From positions 24,983,648 to 25,047,647 of the forward strand of contig NC_092673.1 of assembly GCF_964355755.1 (NCBI RefSeq): a DNA stretch of 64,000 nt. Direction: 5' to 3'. Below are positions 39,465 through 55,690 of this stretch, piece by piece. The DNA comes from Antedon mediterranea. Its lineage: Eukaryota > Animalia > Echinodermata. The notes beneath the pieces are model-generated. The model saw only the letters and a program-made list of their open reading frames with translations, was not told where the DNA came from and did not search any database. The stretch's first letter is position 1, and the number at the start of each line of letters is the position of its first letter. Position numbers and translations under genes: made by a program.

Positions 39465-41915
39465 AGCACAGTAAAGCAAAGGATAAAATTAATGTACGAT
39501 CCCGTTTAACACTGTTCTCAACTATAGTCATTTTGGTATACTTGAGCACAGTGATAAAGAATAGGATAAACTTAACAATATACAACAAATAACATTAATG
39601 TACGATCCAGTTTAACACTGTTCTCAACTATAGTCATTTTGGTATACTTGAGAACAGTGATAAAGAATAGGATAAACTTAACATTATACAACAAATAACA
39701 TTAATGTATGATCCCGTTTAACACTGTTCTCAACTATAGTCATTTTGGTATACTTGAGCACAGTGATAAAGAATAGGATAAACTTAACAATATACAACAA
39801 ATAACATTAATGTACGATGTAGTTTAACACTGTTCTCAACTATAGTCATTTTGGTATACTTGAGCACAGTGATAAAGAATAGGATAAACTTAACTATATA
39901 CAACATATAACATTAATGTACGATCCCGTTTAACACTGTTCTCGACTATAGTCATTTTGGTATACTTGAGCACAGTGATAAAGAATAGGATAAACTTAAT
40001 AATATACAACAAATAGCATTAATGTACGATCCAGTTTAACACTGTTCTCAACTATAGTCATTTTGGTATACTTGAGCACAGTGATAAAGAATAGGATAAA
40101 CTTAATAATATACAACAAAAAACATTAATGTACGATCCAGTTTACCACTGTTCTCAACTATAGTCATTTTGGTATACTTGAGAACAGTGATAAAGAATAG
40201 GATAAACTTAACAATATACAACAAAAAACATTAATGTACGATCCAGTTTAACACTGTTCTCAACTATAGTCATTTTGGTATACTTGAGAACAGTGATAAA
40301 GAATAGGATAAACTTAATAATATACAACAAATAGCATTAAGGTATGATCCCGTTTAACACTGTTCTCGACTATAGTCATTTTGGTATACTTGAGCACAGT
40401 GATAAAGAATAGGATAAACTTAATAATATACAACAAATAGCATTAATGTACGATCCCGTTTAACACTGTTCTCGACTATAGTCATTTTGGTATACTTGAG
40501 CACAGTGATAAAGAATAGGATAAACTTAATAATATACAACAAAAAACATTAATGTACGATCCAGTTTACCACTGTTCTCAACTATAGTCATTTTGGTATA
40601 CTTGAGAACAGTGATAAAGAATAGGATAAACTTAATAATATACAGCAAAAAACATTAATGTACGATCCAGTTTAACACTGTTCTCAAAACTATAGTCATT
40701 TTGGTATACTTGAGAACAGTGATAAAGAATAGGATAAACTTAACAATATACAACAAAAAACGTACATTAATGTACGATCCAGTTTAACACTGTTCTCGAC
40801 TATAGTCATTTTGGTATACTTGAGCACAGTGATAAAGAATAGGATAAACTTAACAATATACAACAAAAAACATTAATGTACGATCCCGTTTAACACTGTT
40901 CTCAACTATAGTCATTTTGGTATACTTAAGCACAGTGATAAAGAATAGGATAAACTTAATAATATACAACAAATAACATTAATGTATGATCCCGTTTAAC
41001 ACTGTTCTCGACTATAGTCATTTTGGTATACTTGAGAACAGTGATAAAGAATAGGATAAACTTAAAAATATACAACAAAAAACATGAATGTACGCGATCC
41101 AGTTTAACACTGTTCTCAACTATAGTCATTTTGGTATACTTGAGCACAGTGATAAAGAATAGGATAAACTTAAAAATATACAACAAAAAACATTAATGTA
41201 CGATCCAGTTTACCACTGTTCTCAACTATAGTCATTTTGGTATACTTGAAAACAGTGATAAAGAATAGGATAAACTTAACAATATACAACAAAAAACATT
41301 AATGTACGATCCAGTTTAACACTGTTCTCAACTATAGTCATTTTGGTATACTTGAGAACAGTGATAAAGAATAGGATAAACTTAACAATATACAACAAAA
41401 AACGTACATTAATGTACGATCCAGTTTAACACTGTTCTCGACTATAGTCATTTTGGTATACTTGAGCACAGTGATAAAGAATAGGATAAACTTAACAATA
41501 TACAACAAAAAACATTAATGTACGATCCAGTTTAACACTGTTCTCAACTATAGTCATTTTGGTATACTTGAGCACAGTGATAAAGAATAGGATAAACTTA
41601 ATAATATACAACAAATAGCATTAATGTACGATCCAGTTTACCACTGTTCTCAACTATAGTCATTTTGGTATACTTGAGCACAGTGATAAAGAATAGGATA
41701 AACTTAACAATATACAACAAATAACATTAATGTACGATCCAGTTTAACACTGTTCTCAACTATAGTCATTTTGGTATATTTGAGCACAGTGATAAAGAAT
41801 AGGATAAACTTCGAATAAACAGCAAATAACATTAATGTAAGATGCCGTTTAATACTGTTTTAAACTATAGTCATTTGAGTATAATTAATCACAGATAAAG
41901 AATAAGATCAACTTT
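39465..41915 (+). repeat. 106-bp tandem array, ~23 copies (left arm)
   Basis: AATGTA(C/T)GAT at 39491, 39597, 39703 (period 106). Confidence 0.97.
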
Positions 41916-42004
41916 AATACTATTTATTAAATTAAAAAATAAAAAAACTAATTCTATATTAACACATATTATTTACATATACTTTCACTGCTGATTTCTA
42001 GTAT

Positions 42005-42120
42005 AAACAGGCCATAGGCCTATACATGGCTGCAGTCGCGTGCTCAAATTTGAGTTGGTGTTTACCGACCGACCGATCGACATAGTGAGCTGTAGAGTCG
42101 CGTTTGCACGCTACTAAAAA
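42005..42120 (-). mobile_element. HINE/Helentron-associated short element; second copy 49060-49158 (+)
   Basis: Reverse complement matches 49060-49158 (TTTTAGTCGCGTGCAACGTGACTCTACAGCTCA..GTCGGTTGGTCGGTAAACA..GCACGCGACTGCAGCCGTGTATATGGCCTTGTTT): subterminal inverted repeat, GGTC microsatellite and 3' hairpin in a T-rich site. Confidence 0.65.
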
Positions 42121-42726
42121 GTTCACAAAAACCGTAGGACGGGCACAGGGAAGTTTGTTCGAAACTCCAACCCCTCCCCTGGCTATGCGTTTAGATTTTT
42201 CATGCCTTCTTTACAAACCAAGATTATTAGAATACTATTAGGAGGATCAAACACAATTCTTGTTGCCAGATTTCATTGACATTACAGGTATGAAGTCTAT
42301 CAATATACAGTACCGCTTAATACAATACTTGTTGAGGCCATATCCATCTATACATTTTAGTGTTATTCTACTTTAAAAAAGTCGATTTATATCAATACTC
42401 ATCAACATACGATATAACGATAGAATTTATTGCAACTTGTCCATGTCGTATTCATCTACAAATAAAGTGTCTATTACCGTACTTTTAAAAATCTATTTAT
42501 ATCAATACCTATCAACGTATGTACGTATGCATATTATATATACAAAACTATATACATCAACATAAATGTCATATCATCTACAGTCATTAGTGTTATTTCA
42601 CTTTTAATATTAGTAAATCCAAAGGCAAAATACTGAAATATTAATAATGCTGTGGTCTCCATGGAGATACAAAAAAAGAAGCGAAAAGCTAAATCAAAAC
42701 GATAAAGTAAAACAGCCAGAAACGTT

Positions 42727-42767
42727 AGCAGAGTTTTCGGGCAACACTAGCCCTTCATCAGTGCAAG
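42727..42767 (-). ncRNA. Minimal type-I hammerhead ribozyme motif, Penelope-like pLTR remnant (~42605-42770)
   Basis: Minus strand TTGCA-CTGATGA-A-GGGC-TAGTGTT-GCCC-GAAA-AC-TC-TGC: core boxes, 4-bp stem II, 3-bp stem I, vestigial stem III. Confidence 0.55.
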
Positions 42768-43141
42768 TGAGGGTACTTGTACAAGATAGTGTTATTTAAC
42801 GTTTAGTCGATTTATATCAATACACTCATCAACATATGTACGTGCAATTCACGTCAACAATCAATAGTGTTAATTTCTCTTTTAAAAGTCGATTTATATC
42901 AATATACTCATCAACATATGTACGTGTCCACGTCATATTCATCTATAAATATTAGTGTTATTTCACTTTTAAAAGTCGATTTATCAATATACTCATCAAT
43001 AAATGTACTTGTCCACGTCATATTCATTTACAAATCAGTGTTATTTCACTTTTCGAAGTCAATTATATCAATATAGGCCTACTCATCAACACATGTACGT
43101 GCAATTCACGTCATATTCATATATGATCAATAGTGTACAAC

Positions 43142-44130
43142 TTTTTTTTTTTTTTTTTTTTTTTTTTATTTAGTATATTACACAGAGGCGCCTTACAAGA
43201 TGGAACCATCTTAGCTTCAAGGCGCCTCAGATTAACAAATACAACATTTTAAAACAACTAACAGAAACATCAATTAAATCTTCCAGAATTAACAAGAAAT
43301 TGTTGTACATAATAAAATAATAAAGCATTTTCACAATTCGAAAGAAGATCGGAACCAAAAATAAAAATTTCACTTAAAAATGTAAAATTAAATGTTAAAG
43401 AAAAATCCTTGGCTAAGATATCCTCAATAATTGAGTTAGCGCTTACAAGTAGAATATCTCTTTGTGTATTATAATTAGGGCAGTAACATAAGAAATGAAG
43501 CGGATTCTCAACATTAAAGCCACAAGTACAATTTGGATTGTCCCGAAGTCCATGTAAGAATAAATGCGAATTGAGACAGCTGAAACCAAGTCGGATTCTA
43601 GTGTGAATTTGGTTAATCTTCTTATCACCTGTATCATAATAAGAACGTTTTTTTGTTTCAAACAAATTGGATTTCAGTAGCAATTTTTTAAACTCAACAA
43701 GAAATGAGGAATTTTTTATTTCATTATTTAACTCATTCCAATGTGTTATAATAGATGGGACAAAAGATAAACGATATGATGTGGTCTTACAAAATGGAAT
43801 TATTATATTTCGGATGTTACGCAAGTTATAAACTTCAATATTGTCAGAAAAATTAAATAAGGAGTAAAGATACACTGGTGTTAACTTATGAATAATTTTA
43901 AAAAACAGTATTAGGTTAAGAAATTGTCTACGTTTTTCCAATGATAACCAGCCTAATTCTTGTCTTAATGCATTATGACTTGTATGTTTCCACGCACCAG
44001 TACATATTCTACCTGCAGAAATCTGGATATTTTCTAGTTCATCACTTAATTTATCTGGGATATTACACCAAACAGGAGCTGCATATTCCATTAATGGTCT
44101 AACGTGTGATATGTAAATGTGACAGAGAGT
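43142..44130 (-). mobile_element. 5'-truncated non-LTR retrotransposon (CR1/L2-group-like), RT C-terminus with Cys/His motif, 3' stem-loop and poly(A)
   Basis: Open frame 43270-44133: HVRPLMEYAAPVW, LENIQ..AGRICTG, ELGWLSLEKRR, CTCG...ENPLHFLCYCPNY; hairpin GAGGCGCCTT..AAGATGGAACCATCTT..AAGGCGCCTC; 26 uninterrupted T at 43142-43167. Confidence 0.9.
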
Positions 44131-44334
44131 CAAATATTAGTGTTATTTCACTTTTCAAAGTCGATTTATATAAATATACTACTCATCAACATTATGTACG
44201 TGCAATTCACGTCATATTTATCTACAATCATTTGTGTTAATTCCACTTTTAAAAGTCAATTTATATCAATTACTTATGAACATATGTACGTATCCGCGTC
44301 ATTCATCTACAAATACTATAGTGTTATTATGTTT

Positions 44335-47055
44335 TTCATATTATCCCTGTGCTCAAGTATATGAACATGACTATAGTTGAGAACAGTGTTGAACAGAATG
44401 GTGTACATTAATGTTATTTGTTGTATATTGTGCTCAAGTATACCAAAATGACTATAGTTGAGAACAGTGGTAAACGGGATCGTACATTAATGTTTTTTGT
44501 TGTATATTGTTAAGTTTATCCTATTCTTTATCACTGTGCTCAAGTATACCAAAATGACTATAGTTGAGAACAGTGGTAAATTGGATCGTACATTAATGTT
44601 ATTTGTTGTATATTATTAAGTTTATCCTATTCTTTATCACTGTGCTCAAGTATACCAAAATGACTATAGTTGAGAACAGTGTTAAACGGGATCGTACATT
44701 AATGTTTTTTGTTGTATATTGTTAAGTTTATCCTATTCTTTATCACTGTGCTCAAGTATACCAAAATGACTATAGTCGAGAACAGTGTTAAACGGGATCG
44801 TACATTAATGTACGTTTTTTGTTGTATATTGTTAAGTTTATCCTATTCTTTATCACTGTTCTCAAGTATACCAAAATGACTATAGTTGAGAACAGAGTTA
44901 AACTGGATCGTACATTAATGTTTTTTGTTGTATATTGTTAAGTTTATCCTATTCTTTATCACTGTTCTCAAGTATACCAAAATAACTATAGTTGAGAACA
45001 GTGTTAAACTGGATCGTACATTAATGTTTTTTGTTGTATATTGTTAAGTTTATCCTATTCTTTATCACTGTTCTCAAGTATACCAAAATGACTATAGTTG
45101 AGAACAGAGTTAAACTGGATCGTACATTAATGTTTTTTGTTGTATATTGTTAAGTTTATCCTATTCTTTATCACTGTGCTCAAGTATACCAAAATGACTA
45201 TAGTTGAGAACAGTGGTAAACTGGATCGTACATTAATGTTATTTGTTGTATATTATTAAGTTTATCCTATTCTTTATCACTGTGCTCAAGTATACCAAAA
45301 TGACTATAGTTGAGAACAGTGTTAAACGGGATCGTACATTAATGTTTTTTGTTGTATATTGTTAAGTTTATCCTATGCTTTATCACTTTTCTCAAGTATA
45401 CGAAAATGACTATAGTTGAGAACAGTGTTAAACTGGATCGTACATTAATGTTTTTTGTTGTATATTGCTAAGTTTATCCTATTCTTTATCACTGTGCTCA
45501 AGTATACCAAAATGACTATAGTTGAGAACAGTGTTAAACGGGATCGTACATTAATGTTTTTTGTTGTATATTGTTAAGTTTATCCTATTCTTTATAACTG
45601 TTCTCAAGTATACCAAAATGACTATAGTTGAGAACAGTGTTAAACTGGATCGTACATTAATGTCTTTTGTTGTATATTGTTAAGTTTATCCTATTCTATC
45701 ACTGTTCTCAAGTATACCAAAATAACTATAGTTGAGAACAGTGTTAAACTGGATCGTACATTAATGTTTTTTGTTGTATATTGTTAAGTTTATCCTATTC
45801 TTTATCACTGTTCTCAAGTATACCAAAATGACTATAGTTGAGAACAGAGTTAAACTGGATCGTACATTAATGTTTTTTGTTGTATATTGTTAAGTTTATC
45901 CTATTCTTTATCACTGTTCTCAAGTATACCAAAATAACTATAGTTGAGAACAGTGTTAAACTGGATCGTACATTAATGTTTTTTGTTGTATATTTTTAAG
46001 TTTATCCTATTCTTTATCACTGTGCTCAAGTATACCAAAATGACTATAGTTGAGAACAGTGTTAAACTGGATCGTACATTAATGTTTTTTGTTGTATATT
46101 TTTAAGTTTATCCTATTCTTTATCACTGTGCTCAAGTATACCAAAATGACTATAGTTGAGAACAGTGGTAAACTGGATCGTACATTAATGTTATTTGTTG
46201 TATATTATTAAGTTTATCCTATTCTTTATCACTGTGCTCAAGTATACCAAAATGACTATAGTTGAGAACAGTGTTAAACGGGATCGTACATTAATGTTTT
46301 TTGTTGTATATTGTTAAGTTTATCCTATTCTTTATCACTGTTCTCAAGTATACCAAAATGACTATAGTTGAGAACAGTGTTAAACTGGATCGTACATTAA
46401 TGTTTTTTGTTGTATATTGCTAAGTTTATCCTATTCTTTATCACTGTGCTCAAGTATACCAAAATGACTATAGTTGAGAACAGTGTTAAACGGGATCGTA
46501 CATTAATGTTTTTTGTTGTATATTGTTAAGTTTATCCTATTCTTTATAACTGTTCTCAAGTATACCAAAATGACTATAGTTGAGAACAGTGTTAAACTGG
46601 ATCGTACATTAATGTTTTTTGTTGTATATTGTTAAGTTTATCCTATTCTATCACTGTGCTCAAGTATACCAAAATGACTATAGTTGAGAACAGTGTTAAA
46701 CTGGATCATACATTAATGTCTTTTGTTGTATATTGTTAAGTTTATCCTATTCTATCACTGTGCTCAAGTATACCAAAATGACTATAGTTGAGAACAGTGT
46801 TAAACGGGATCGTACATTGTTGTTGTATATTGTTAAGTTTATCCTATTCTTTATCACTGTGCTCAAGTATACCAAAATGACTATAGTTGAGAACAGTGTT
46901 AAACGGGATCGTACATTAATGTTATTTGTTGTATATTGTTAAGTTTATCCTATTCTTTATCAATGTGCTCAAGTATACCAAAATGACTATAGTTGAGAAC
47001 AGTGTTAAACTACATCGTACATTAATGTTATTTGTTGTATATTGTTAAGTGTATT
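44335..47055 (-). repeat. 106-bp tandem array, ~25 copies, inverted relative to 39465-41915 (right arm)
   Basis: Reverse complement of the left-arm unit (CTCAAGTATACCAAAATGACTATAGTTGAGAACAGTG...). Confidence 0.97.
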
Positions 47056-48252
47056 CTTTATTCTTATTAATTGTACTAAATTATTAAAAGAAACAGTAGT
47101 GAGCATAACATTTCCCCACTCCTACATTAGCATGGTAGGACATTGTAATGGTCGCAGGTGGCTCAACTTTATTACTGCAATGGGATGGACATGGTCCTAC
47201 TACCACCTTACCATCCAATAGGATTCCAGTAAATTTCCTTTACTACCAATCATAATTCAGTAATTAAATGACCCCTTAAGTTAACAAGGAAATCAGCCTA
47301 TCCCATTATACCGGTAGGCTTCGTCGTTACAGGCGTACTGCGGTAATAGTTGAGAATTCTCAACTAGCCAATGTGGTATATTTTATATACCTGGATTAAT
47401 GCATGGCTGCATTTGCACTGCCACGATTGAAGTATGGCACGTCGTTTGTGCATTTTTATTAGCACGCAAATAATTCCAAATCCAAATTAGTTAGTTTTAC
47501 TGCTTTATTTTGCGACGGCGACTATTATTAATGACACGAACAATACATTTTGATTTAATCAATATCGCTATTGTTTTGTATAACAATAGAACAAAAGCTC
47601 GGAGGTACCCTTTAATAAATATTTCAAATTACACAACCTTTATTTATCTTAGCAACTGTTCTACAAGAAGAAATATACGTTTAATAAATGAGAAGACTAC
47701 AACAGACACGTTAACCTTTTTCTTGTAAGACGGTTTCATCACTTCATCACTTAATTTTTTGTTCATACTCTCCTGCAAAAAAGGCAATAGAAATATACTT
47801 AAAAGTACAATCTAATAAGTTATGCATAAACAAGCTAAACAATATGCCTTTAATGTATTGTAGTGATAATTTGATTAATGTAAATTAGATATCCCAGATG
47901 TTTTATAATTCGCCTAATAATGCCATATGAGGCCTATTAATGGTTTCATAGTTTTAAATTTGTAAGCGCAAAATACAAATAGTTTCATGCGCTGTTTAAC
48001 ACAAGTGTAAAAAGAAAGTAAATGTTATTGTTAAATAAACCAGTAAAAAGCCTAATAAAACAAATTGAACAAGACAACAGAAAAAGATCCGAAAACGGAG
48101 TCTGACATCACCACCACACTGTTTCACTGACTTGTCAAAACAATAAGCTACCTATTTATTCACAAGTGTCATAAAGATGTGAGCATCTGACTATCCTGCC
48201 AAACAAACACTAAATGAATAAAGATACAAAGCATCCCTCACTCCTCAAATCA

Positions 48253-51069
<2,817 letters not shown>

Positions 51070-52072
51070 TTCAGATCAACAAACTGAAGTCTGAATAAAA
51101 TTATAAAAATAACAAACGACGTCAAATTTTTAGAGTTTAAGAAAATCCTACAGATTTACTGTAGGGCTTCCTTCCAGTATAAATGGGTGATTTTTTACCG
51201 ATTAATAGCCTATACCATATACAGTAAACTATATGTTACTAAATTTCTACAACTCAATTCATTTGAATAACATACTTACCAGATAGAAGAAATATAGCTG
51301 CGATGTGGTATATGTCCAATCGAGAACAAAATCTAAATAGGTTTACTCCCTGACTTGATGATCAATGTATTGCTGTTTTTATCATTATACATACAATTGG
51401 TATCAGGATAAAGCACGTATTGGTACTATCTGTATGTACCTTTGATATTACTGATGATAATTGTTACAGACTTTGCCTTTATACATCGTTACAGTTCAGG
51501 CTTATGGAAGATTAGTTTGTTGATAGAAAGGAATCCAAATATGTCGTATTATTATTTAATATATGTATTACTCCAGAACATGGTTGTAACATAACAACCC
51601 AAACGTCGAAAAATTCTCAAGTTCACTGTATTTCCTTTTTTTAATCATACGTGTAACTGCAAAATAAATATCTCAATATTTATTTTTTTAAATAATTTTG
51701 ATATTGAAAATGTGTGTAGTTGGTCGCTTTCTTGTAGATGCTTTAATTGTAAAATGTAATTTTTGTTTTGTTTATTTCTGTGCTCTGTTCTGGGTTGACC
51801 AACTAGCATAGGTGTTTAGCACCTGTTTGGTCTTTCCTTGCCTTTTGTTTTTGTCTTTTTTGTATTGTATATGGCAGAAAATTTAATAAATAAATAAATA
51901 GATATATAATATTTTCAAAATCTTTATTTACAAACATACTTGATGTTATTTGTACAAAATATACACATGTAATTTTAATACAATAATACTCTTATGAAAT
52001 ATTATTTTATGTTAATACGTCAAAGAGGTAATTGACTCATTGATATAAATTAAAATGACTGAACAATGTCTT

Positions 52073-55000
52073 TCATGTAGTTTCTGCAACTTTGTGTATT
52101 TTGTTTATTCTTGTTATGATCTCCACTTCTCTTTCACGTAGCTTTCTAGTGACGTCAATCTTTAAATGGAATAAGTGAAGGTTTGATAGATTATAGGCAG
52201 ACGGAAGAATGTTTTTACTAAATAGTAAGTACAAGGCGAGCTGAGTTTATTTACACTGCAACCTACAGTAACTTTAACATAGCGCAAGCAACATGGGCTT
52301 ATTCATAGTTCTAGTAGTGAACAAGACTTACTTAAAATGGAGGTCTAGTATACATTTATGGCTCATGAGCACCTTAAAGAGCCCAGGACATCTTTTACCC
52401 CTGTGTTCTGTTGATGTTACAGCAATGATGGGGGCCCTTTATATCCGGTTTGCCTGCACCTAATCCCAACAATATAGCATTATTTGAGCTGAAATAGGGA
52501 TTATCACCTCAAGAACCAAGTACATTTGAGAAAACTAATTGTGAGGAACATGGTTATTTCCATTACTATATTTATTCACGTGCCATCAATGGATACTGAA
52601 ATTAACTTTCTGACAACAATAAACTTACCTGTAAGTTTCCAAACAATTCTGCAGACACAATATCAAACATTTGCTTGACATCGTCAGCTGTGACGTCATT
52701 CAAAGGATCAACCTCCACTTGGACCTTAAACACTGTAAAAGAATTCATAACAAATCTACATAAACCCTACTAAATGGGCCATTTTATTATTTTGTGGAAA
52801 TAAACAAACTGAATTAAACAAAGTATCAGAAATCATGACAATAGCATAGTATGAGACTTCAAATAACGAGAGGTAAGCCATTAATCAACCTTTTCGATCT
52901 TTATTTGATAATCGGGAATGATGATGATCAAAAAAAGATGATGATTAAATAAAGATTGAAAACATTGAATCTTTACTTGCGAAATCAAATTTTGCATTTA
53001 CCTGCCAAAATCATTTTACTGCAGTTACTGTAGAAAGCATTTTTTTACTGCAATAATGTATGATTTTATGCAATTAACCATGTGTATGTATAAACAAATT
53101 AAAGCATTACTGTTGAATAATGTTGACACAGTCCTTAATAAAATAAAAAGCAAATAAGCCACATGAGCTTCTATAAATCCCATTTTTAAAACCTCACAAT
53201 GATCAAAGAAGGGGCAAGTTTAAATGGATAGCATACCTTCTAAGTCATCTTTTTTTTCTGTTAATTGTTCTTCATTTGGAGTTGCAGATTTTGTCAGTTC
53301 TTCATTTTCGCTTTCATCAAATGCTTCTGGTGGTGCAATATATTCGTTATACGCGTCCTCAACAAGACCTTCATCAAGTGGAGCTGGGAAGGGGACATTA
53401 GCTGCAGGTAATGTTTTAACGCAAAGCTGTAAATAAACACACAATTTATTGAAGTGACAAAATAACAGAACAAGTGCTGCGATGCAGTTAACAATCTTTT
53501 TCTCTCCATTGTCTATACAATAAACATTAAAGTATTTTACCTCTGTACCAATGATTTCTTCTTTCCTTTGACCATGAAACATGAATTCATACATTCTATG
53601 GTGTTGAAATAACCTACAGAAGATTAGTAATGAAATTTGATAAACAATATGATATTAATATAAATGGCAATACACTATTCTGTATTCAGTATGCACAGGA
53701 AGTAAAAGTTTCCTTCTTCTCCTTCCATTTAGGAGCAAACTTCATAGTTGAAGACTACTGCTCCACTGGCTAAGTTGCAATTCAACTTCTTTGTATACAA
53801 AATTAAATAAATTTTATGTACAATCCCTTTCATCTAGTCTCCGAGAGATCCACATCCACAGCTATTGCTATCACGATCCAGAACAACTTACTAGGTGGCA
53901 AAATAAAGGAACGGGATACACATTTACCACGCCACAGTCCAGTGAGCAATATCGAGGCAGGGGTCTACCTCGACTACAAAATATATTTACTTACGAGCTC
54001 TTAATATAGTCAGATATCTTTATTGCTTGCTCAACATCTAAAAAATCAAGACCACCTGATGCCTCAACACTGTCTGCTCCTATACCAACCATCATGGACT
54101 TTAAATCTGATATATTTTCTGATAACGAACAATTCTTATCTATGGTTATTAAAAAAGAAAAAAAGCATTTAAACTTAAAACGTGTGCTTTGGAATTTTCA
54201 ATTTGTATCATGAATTTTAACTACAGTATATTAATTTTAAATCTGAATATTTATTGTTAATAAATCATTTTAGTTGGGGATACTTTTTTAAAGTTTTATT
54301 TCTATATTTTGTTCAATGTATTTTTTATATATCCGAGGGTCACTGCTGCTTAACAGTGACTGTGATTTAGTTTTTGTTTGGGGTGACCTATCGCATGTCC
54401 TTAGCTGTTATTCATTATGCTCATGTTTTATTGTTGTTCCTTATTGTATTGGTTATATGAAATGAATCAACAAAAAACAAACTACCATATTTGCTACAGT
54501 ACCTTTAATATTTCCAAGCAGCCTATTTAACACTGTGATGAATGCCGACAGTTGTTGTGATGTGAAACCCTCTTCTTTGGCCCACCAAAACCCAACTGTG
54601 TAATAGTCAAGTAGGATAGCATCCTGAGGTTCAGTCGATGAATTTGTTAATTCCAAGATGACGGCTAATTTTCTGAAAACATTAACATTTTTACAGGCTT
54701 TTGTTTATAATGATGACAATACTGAATTCAATCAACTATAAATTTATTCTCATATTTACATTAAAATTGAAATATCATCTTAGAGAACATAAAACTTCTT
54801 ATGAAAATTAATAAAAATTACATATTCTAATATAAATTCAAGTTTATAATATTAATATAAATGAAAGTCAGAAATTTGAAAAACCAATAAAAACAACTAG
54901 GCCTACTCTAAATACTAGTATGGATTGATAGGCTATGCATGTCTTGACTACTGGCCTAGGCCATCCCTAGATACACACAGTCTACGACCGCCTGCACTTA

Positions 55001-55690
55001 CTTCTCAACATCTTCTACTGTCATCTCTTGAAGAGCTTGTGTCTGTGAGTTTGACAAGATCTTCCATGCAAGAGAACCTTTCTTTTCCAGATTTCTGGCC
55101 TCTTCATCCTATTTTAATACAACATCCACTCTCACTTTTATATACAAATAAAATAGTGTTCGGGTAGGCCTACTATTACTAATTCTACAGACAGGTTATT
55201 GTTAATATTTGTTAAGTTTAATTTTAAGTAAGTTGAATGATTGTTAACTCATTTATTAATTAATTAAATTATAAAGTGGATGCATCTTTAGTGGGCCCTA
55301 GGTAGTAGTACAAATATTAGATAGAGACATGCATGAAATATATTATCACTAGGCCTAGGCTAGGTTCAAATCGAATCTAATTGTACCCTAGGCTAGGCCC
55401 CTACATGCCTTCTTTGTATTCGAAAATGGCCGGGCAAAAGAGTGTTTTGACCGCCTCACTCAATTGAGTAACATAAACACAACCCAAAAAACGGAAAAGG
55501 CAGGCCTAGAATATCGCTTAAATTTAAGCTATTGTTGTTGGTTTTTAAAAAAACTAAATATACACAATCATACACTCAACGTCTTCCAGTTTATATCTTT
55601 ATATGCGTCTTGCCCTTTCCCCATAATTTGGATAGTAGCATGTGATGTTTTGGCTTTCTTTCCTGACCCTTTGACTGTTGTGTTCGCCAT
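52073..55690 (-). CDS. CABCOCO1: Ciliary-associated calcium-binding coiled-coil protein 1-like (C10orf107); exons ~55574-55690, 55001-55108, 54503-54672, 53995-54140, 53541-53612, 53236-53426, 52629-52732, 52073-52159
   Basis: DAILLDYYTVGFWWAKEEGFTSQQLSAF, LFQHHRMYEFMF and PFPAPLDEGL motifs; in-phase GT-AG junctions. The first exon is less certain. Confidence 0.8.

Larger units (their letters stand above)
42330..44330 (+). repeat. Older degenerate ~80-90-bp tandem repeat (GTGTTATTTCACTTTT...GTCGATTTATATCAATATACTCATCAACATATGTACG) filling the loop, interrupted by insertions
   Basis: Copies at ~42360, 42789, 42867, 42955, 43038 and again 44140, 44235 beyond the LINE. Confidence 0.8.
39131..47376. 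mobile_element. 8.2-kb foldback-like element with short TIRs and inverted satellite arms
   Basis: Left TATA|CCATCCTGGCTAGTTGAGAATTCTCAACTATT; right AATAGTTGAGAATTCTCAACTAGCCAATGTGG|TATA; inverted 106-bp arrays inside; no transposase ORF seen. Confidence 0.75.

Noticed and set aside
43270-44133. ORF as the transposase or cargo gene of the foldback element
   Set aside because: Motifs, 3' hairpin and poly(A) identify a 5'-truncated LINE inserted later.
40956-46942. ORFs 40956-41186 and 46733-46942 with repeated hydrophobic peptides
   Set aside because: Translations of the 106-bp satellite; the period is not a multiple of 3 and the frames are otherwise closed.
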